A stretch of 9,452 nt of DNA from a virus (Duplodnaviria > Heunggongvirae > Uroviricota > Caudoviricetes). Numbering within the stretch: the stretch's first letter is position 1; every line of letters begins with the position of its first letter. Made by a program: the position numbers and the translations under genes. Location of the stretch: IMG/VR virus record IMGVR_UViG_2711768048_000004; one strand, 5' to 3'. Shown one piece after another: positions 6,385 to 9,452 of this stretch. The notes below the pieces were generated by a model. It worked only from the letters and a program-made list of their open reading frames with translations, made no database searches and was not told where the DNA came from.

Positions 6385-7482
6385 ATGAAAAAATTAACAG
6401 TGGCAATTTCTGCTGTAGCTGCATCAGTACTGATGGCGATGTCTGCTCAGGCAGCTGAAATTTATAATAAAGACAGTAACAAGCTGGATCTGTACGGGAA
6501 AGTTAATGCTAAGCACTACTTCTCCTCTAATGATGCAGATGATGGTGATACTACTTATGCCCGTCTTGGCTTCAAAGGTGAAACCCAAATCAACGATCAA
6601 CTGACTGGTTTCGGTCAGTGGGAATATGAATTCAAAGGCAACCGCGCTGAATCTCAAGGTTCCTCCAAAGATAAAACCCGTCTTGCCTTCGCTGGCCTGA
6701 AATTCGGTGACTACGGCTCCATCGATTACGGCCGTAACTACGGTGTAGCATACGACATCGGTGCGTGGACTGACGTCCTGCCAGAATTCGGTGGTGACAC
6801 TTGGACTCAAACCGACGTGTTCATGACTCAACGTGCAACTGGTGTTGCAACCTATCGTAACAACGACTTCTTTGGTCTGGTTGATGGTCTGAACTTTGCT
6901 GCTCAGTACCAAGGCAAAAACGATCGTAGCGATTTCGATAACTACACTGAAGGTAACGGTGATGGCTTCGGTTTCTCTGCTACCTATGAATACGAAGGAT
7001 TCGGTATCGGTGCAACTTATGCGAAATCTGATCGTACCGACACTCAAGTTAATGCAGGGAAAGTTCTTCCTGAAGTATTTGCTTCCGGTAAAAATGCAGA
7101 AGTTTGGGCCGCAGGTCTGAAATATGACGCTAACAACATTTACCTGGCCACTACCTATTCTGAAACCCAGAATATGACTGTATTTGCTGATCACTTCGTT
7201 GCTAATAAAGCCCAAAACTTCGAAGCTGTTGCACAATATCAGTTCGATTTCGGTCTGCGTCCGTCCGTTGCTTACCTGCAATCTAAAGGTAAGGATCTTG
7301 GAGTATGGGGCGATCAGGACTTAGTCAAATATGTTGATGTAGGTGCAACCTATTACTTCAACAAAAATATGTCTACTTTCGTTGATTACAAAATCAACCT
7401 GCTTGACAAAAATGACTTCACTAAAGCACTCGGTGTAAGCACTGATGACATCGTTGCTGTAGGTCTGGTTTACCAGTTCTAA
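6385..7482 (+). CDS. nmpC: OmpC-family general porin (NmpC / Lc / OmpD-like), phage-borne
   Basis: 365 aa with a classic Sec signal peptide ([23 protein letters not shown], cleavage after AQA), porin hallmarks ([15 protein letters not shown] start of mature protein, aromatic-rich beta strands, C-terminal ...VGLVYQF). It sits between Q and the holin on the opposite strand, as in DLP12 and PA-2. Confidence 0.9.
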   Translation: MKKLTVAISAVAASVLMAMSAQAAEIYNKDSNKLDLYGKVNAKHYFSSNDADDGDTTYARLGFKGETQINDQLTGFGQWEYEFKGNRAESQGSSKDKTRLAFAGLKFGDYGSIDYGRNYGVAYDIGAWTDVLPEFGGDTWTQTDVFMTQRATGVATYRNNDFFGLVDGLNFAAQYQGKNDRSDFDNYTEGNGDGFGFSATYEYEGFGIGATYAKSDRTDTQVNAGKVLPEVFASGKNAEVWAAGLKYDANNIYLATTYSETQNMTVFADHFVANKAQNFEAVAQYQFDFGLRPSVAYLQSKGKDLGVWGDQDLVKYVDVGATYYFNKNMSTFVDYKINLLDKNDFTKALGVSTDDIVAVGLVYQF

Positions 7483-7490
7483 TCTGATTA

Positions 7491-7532
7491 CGAAAAAGAT
7501 ATGTTGCGGGAGGCGTTGCCTCCCCAACATAT
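7491..7532 (-). terminator. Rho-independent terminator on the minus strand, about 140-180 nt downstream of Q (tR'-like candidate)
   Basis: Long stem atatgttgcgggaggc (7499-7514) / gcctccccaacatat (7518-7532) with a 3-nt loop and one bulge; on the minus strand it is followed by CTTTTTCG. Confidence 0.45.
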
Positions 7533-7620
7533 AAGTGGCTCCCTCAAGCCACTTCCTTTAGAAGCACAACCTTGCTTCTAACTATATAAACCTTCTGTTA
7601 TATATTACCCTTTATTTTTG

Positions 7621-7654
7621 GGGGCGTCTCAACGCCCCATTTTTAATAATTTTT
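7621..7654 (+). terminator. Rho-independent terminator on the plus strand, downstream of the porin gene
   Basis: Stem ggggcg (7621-7626) / cgcccc (7633-7638) with a 6-nt loop, followed by ATTTTTAATAATTTTT. Confidence 0.5.
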
Positions 7655-7671
7655 AGTAAACAATTGGCATA

Positions 7672-8055
7672 TTAATTAGAGTTATTAACAACGATATCCA
7701 TCTCTAACCGGATATCTAATGCCATTAACATCCCTTCAATTATGCCCTCAGCCTTCTGTAACCTTTTCCCGATATAACCATCAGAGCAGCAATGCTTACC
7801 TGCCAGTGACATGAATGTCATACCGACTACATAATAATCTACTAATAAATCGTGCAAATCGCTGTTGTTCTTTTTCAGACGGGCCATGCACCCGCAAATG
7901 ATCATCGCGTCATCGTCACAACATTGCGGGCGAGATTTTACTTTTGAAGTAATTAATCCCTTAAAACCGGCGGCAATGGACGACCAGGTCACATCTTCAT
8001 GATTATTAGCCGCCCACGCTCCCCAACGCTCAAGAACCATCTGAATATCACGCAT
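7672..8055 (-). CDS. quuD: Late-gene antiterminator Q (quuD-like)
   Basis: 127 aa from the ATG at 8055 (GGAG RBS 8 nt upstream), with a cysteine-rich putative zinc-binding core ([13 protein letters not shown] ... HCCSDGY) typical of Q proteins. It is positioned upstream of the lysis genes. Confidence 0.85.
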   Translation of the reverse strand: MRDIQMVLERWGAWAANNHEDVTWSSIAAGFKGLITSKVKSRPQCCDDDAMIICGCMARLKKNNSDLHDLLVDYYVVGMTFMSLAGKHCCSDGYIGKRLQKAEGIIEGMLMALDIRLEMDIVVNNSN

Positions 8056-8140
8056 CAACTTACTCCACAAAAATCAGACCAGAACGCCAATTACAAGCAA
8101 AAATCAACAAAACAGTATTAGTTGATTGTTATCTCTGACT

Positions 8141-8281
8141 TCATACTCCTGCTCCTGTCAGGGTTTTGGCGTAATTCTTCAGTATTCGGTAATCGGTCAA
8201 AACAGAACCGGGGAAACGATATAAGCGCAGACGCCCCCAGCGGTGGCGAAGAAGTTCTGCCATATTAAACTCAAACATCAT
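8141..8281 (-). CDS. ylcG: Small nin-region protein (ylcG-like, 46 aa)
   Basis: Manual translation gives [46 protein letters not shown]. Its start overlaps the rusA stop (ATGA) and the stop is at 8141-8143. It is below the ORF track size cutoff. Confidence 0.6.
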   Translation of the reverse strand: MMFEFNMAELLRHRWGRLRLYRFPGSVLTDYRILKNYAKTLTGAGV

Positions 8282-8640
8282 TCATTCCCCATTTCGGTGA
8301 TGGTCAGTTCCAGCCTCCCACCTTTGGTAACAGGCATCTTCACAACGCGGTAATCAACGACCTGAGCATCATCCAGCCAGAAACCTGCTTTAGTGAGTGC
8401 GTCAAAAGCGGCTTTTTGCAGATTATCCAGGTCACGGCGACGGCGATCCGGCATGTGGCACTCAATGCGGATTTTCACAGGCATAGCCAGGCCGATATCC
8501 AGCATTGCGTTTTTAATGATTCGGGCGACGTTATCGCGGTATGCCTGCCCCTCTGCGCTGACGTGCGTGCGCCCGCGATTATGGCGGTAATAGCGATTAT
8601 TGCTCGGAGGCCAGGGTAATGTGATGCTGTAGGTATTCAC
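8278..8640 (-). CDS. rusA: RusA Holliday-junction resolvase
   Basis: 120 aa matching DLP12 RusA as recalled ([36 protein letters not shown]...). GTG start overlapping the ybcO stop (GTGA). Confidence 0.9.
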   Translation of the reverse strand: MNTYSITLPWPPSNNRYYRHNRGRTHVSAEGQAYRDNVARIIKNAMLDIGLAMPVKIRIECHMPDRRRRDLDNLQKAAFDALTKAGFWLDDAQVVDYRVVKMPVTKGGRLELTITEMGNE

Positions 8641-8927
8641 GCCTTAATAACCCCCTCTTTCAGCCAGATAACCTGTGTTCTCGCCATACCTTCCAGCGCG
8701 CATTCTTTTGCATATCCAGCGTCAACAAAATGCGTGCGGCGGTCGATTTCGTCGTGGCAGGCAGAACATGCAATGGTGGCAATCAGGTCTGGCGGTTTCG
8801 TACCGGTGCCGCACAATCCAGTCAGCCGGATATGTGCCAGTACAGACGTTTCAGGGTTGCCATTACATACGCCAGGGATTCTTACCTGGCATTCCCGACC
8901 ACGCGCTGCTTTTCTCAAATCAGCCAT
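8637..8927 (-). CDS. ybcO: DUF1364-family putative nuclease (ybcO-like)
   Basis: 96 aa from the ATG at 8927, with a GGAGGA RBS. Contains Cys/His clusters ([11 protein letters not shown] ... CSACHDEID) consistent with a metal-binding nuclease. Confidence 0.8.
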   Translation of the reverse strand: MADLRKAARGRECQVRIPGVCNGNPETSVLAHIRLTGLCGTGTKPPDLIATIACSACHDEIDRRTHFVDAGYAKECALEGMARTQVIWLKEGVIKA

Positions 8928-9090
8928 GACTCCTCCTTGCTGCCAGTCGCAACCATTTTTTATCAACCAGGCTGGCGGTATATCCGAGCAGTGTTGGTAT
9001 TTCGGATGGCTTCAGCTCAGGTTTACGCTTACGACGATTTGGTACTCTGTAGATGTGTCCGTTCATGACACGAATAAGCGGTGTAGCCAT
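8920..9090 (-). CDS. ninE: NinE protein
   Basis: 56 aa from the ATG at 9090 (MATPLIRVMNGHIYRVPNRRKRKPELK...), with an AGGAGG RBS. The start overlaps the ninB-like stop by 1 nt and the 3' end overlaps the ybcO start by 8 nt. Confidence 0.8.
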   Translation of the reverse strand: MATPLIRVMNGHIYRVPNRRKRKPELKPSEIPTLLGYTASLVDKKWLRLAARRSHG

Positions 9091-9452
9091 TACGCCTCCT
9101 GCTTGTCGCGCAGCAGCTGGAACTCGCAGCTCTGTGGAATAGTCAGGTGGCAACCAATATTCATCGCCCAGGCTTCAACCTTACACAGGAAGACATACAT
9201 CTCTCCGGTATCAAGATCGGAGGTATGGCGTAACGACTGGATAGTGGTGATATCACCGGTTACGACATCAACCAGGTCTTTGGTTTCATAACCGAGATAT
9301 GTGTGTTTGAGAGCATCTTTTACCCAAGCTGGAGTGGCGAACGTTTTACCCCTGCTGATGAGGTATTCACTGATTTCGCTGTACCACATGTGGCTGAGTG
9401 CATTCTGGGAAAGACTGCGTTTCTCACGCCACGGTTTAAGCACCATGCGAAA
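9090..9452 (-). CDS. ybcN: NinB / ybcN-like protein, partial (N-terminus lies beyond the window end)
   Basis: The ORF runs to the window edge with in-frame codons upstream of the first ATG at 9446. It sits in the conserved position before ninE. The family assignment is from context and weak recalled similarity. Confidence 0.6.
   Translation of the reverse strand, partial: FRMVLKPWREKRSLSQNALSHMWYSEISEYLISRGKTFATPAWVKDALKHTYLGYETKDLVDVVTGDITTIQSLRHTSDLDTGEMYVFLCKVEAWAMNIGCHLTIPQSCEFQLLRDKQEA

Noticed and set aside
6424-7281. 285 aa ORF on the minus strand inside the porin gene
   Set aside because: It lies entirely antisense to a porin ORF with clear signal peptide and porin features. Its translation is low-complexity (runs of V/T/S/F) with no recognisable domain, which is typical of a spurious antisense frame.
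8675-9291. Three plus-strand ORFs (84, 112 and 185 aa) across ybcO / ninE / ninB
   Set aside because: They are antisense to tightly packed genes with recognisable products and strong RBSs, and their translations are Arg/Cys/Ser-rich, typical of reverse-strand reading of GC-normal coding DNA.
1-9452. Search for CRISPR arrays, tRNA/rRNA genes, IS elements or an integrase/att site
   Set aside because: No regularly spaced direct repeats, no tRNA-like cloverleaf-sized GC-rich segments, no transposase-like ORFs or terminal inverted repeats and no integrase were seen. The only notable repeats are the diverged tfa 3' segments and common terminator stems.

Overview
This window reads as the right-hand part of a defective lambdoid prophage of the E. 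coli DLP12 type. All assignments come from reading the ORF translations and the DNA by eye; no database search was run, so names rest on recalled similarity to lambda, phage 21 and DLP12 proteins. On the minus strand, from high to low coordinates, lie the nin region (ninB-like partial, ninE, ybcO, rusA, ylcG), the late antiterminator Q, a pinholin / SAR-endolysin / Rz / Rz1 lysis cassette, and then tail-fibre-assembly remnants. Three kinds of cargo sit on the plus strand or between these: an OmpC-family porin between Q and the holin, the Bor lipoprotein, and a cluster of small uncharacterised genes (DUF1398 ybcV-like, ybcW-like, a possible ylcI-like ORF). The morphogenetic module (cos, terminase, head, tail) is absent: the lysis/bor/ybcVW block runs into tail-fibre remnants within about 1.3 kb. 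A SAM-methyltransferase-like ORF is embedded among those remnants, and the window starts with a truncated appY-like AraC-family regulator. No CRISPR array, tRNA, rRNA or IS element was recognised. I did not find a clear-cut novel multi-gene system; the best candidates for undescribed biology are the ylcI/ybcW/ybcV cargo cluster, the methyltransferase embedded in the tail-fibre remnants, and the structured region between Q and the porin.
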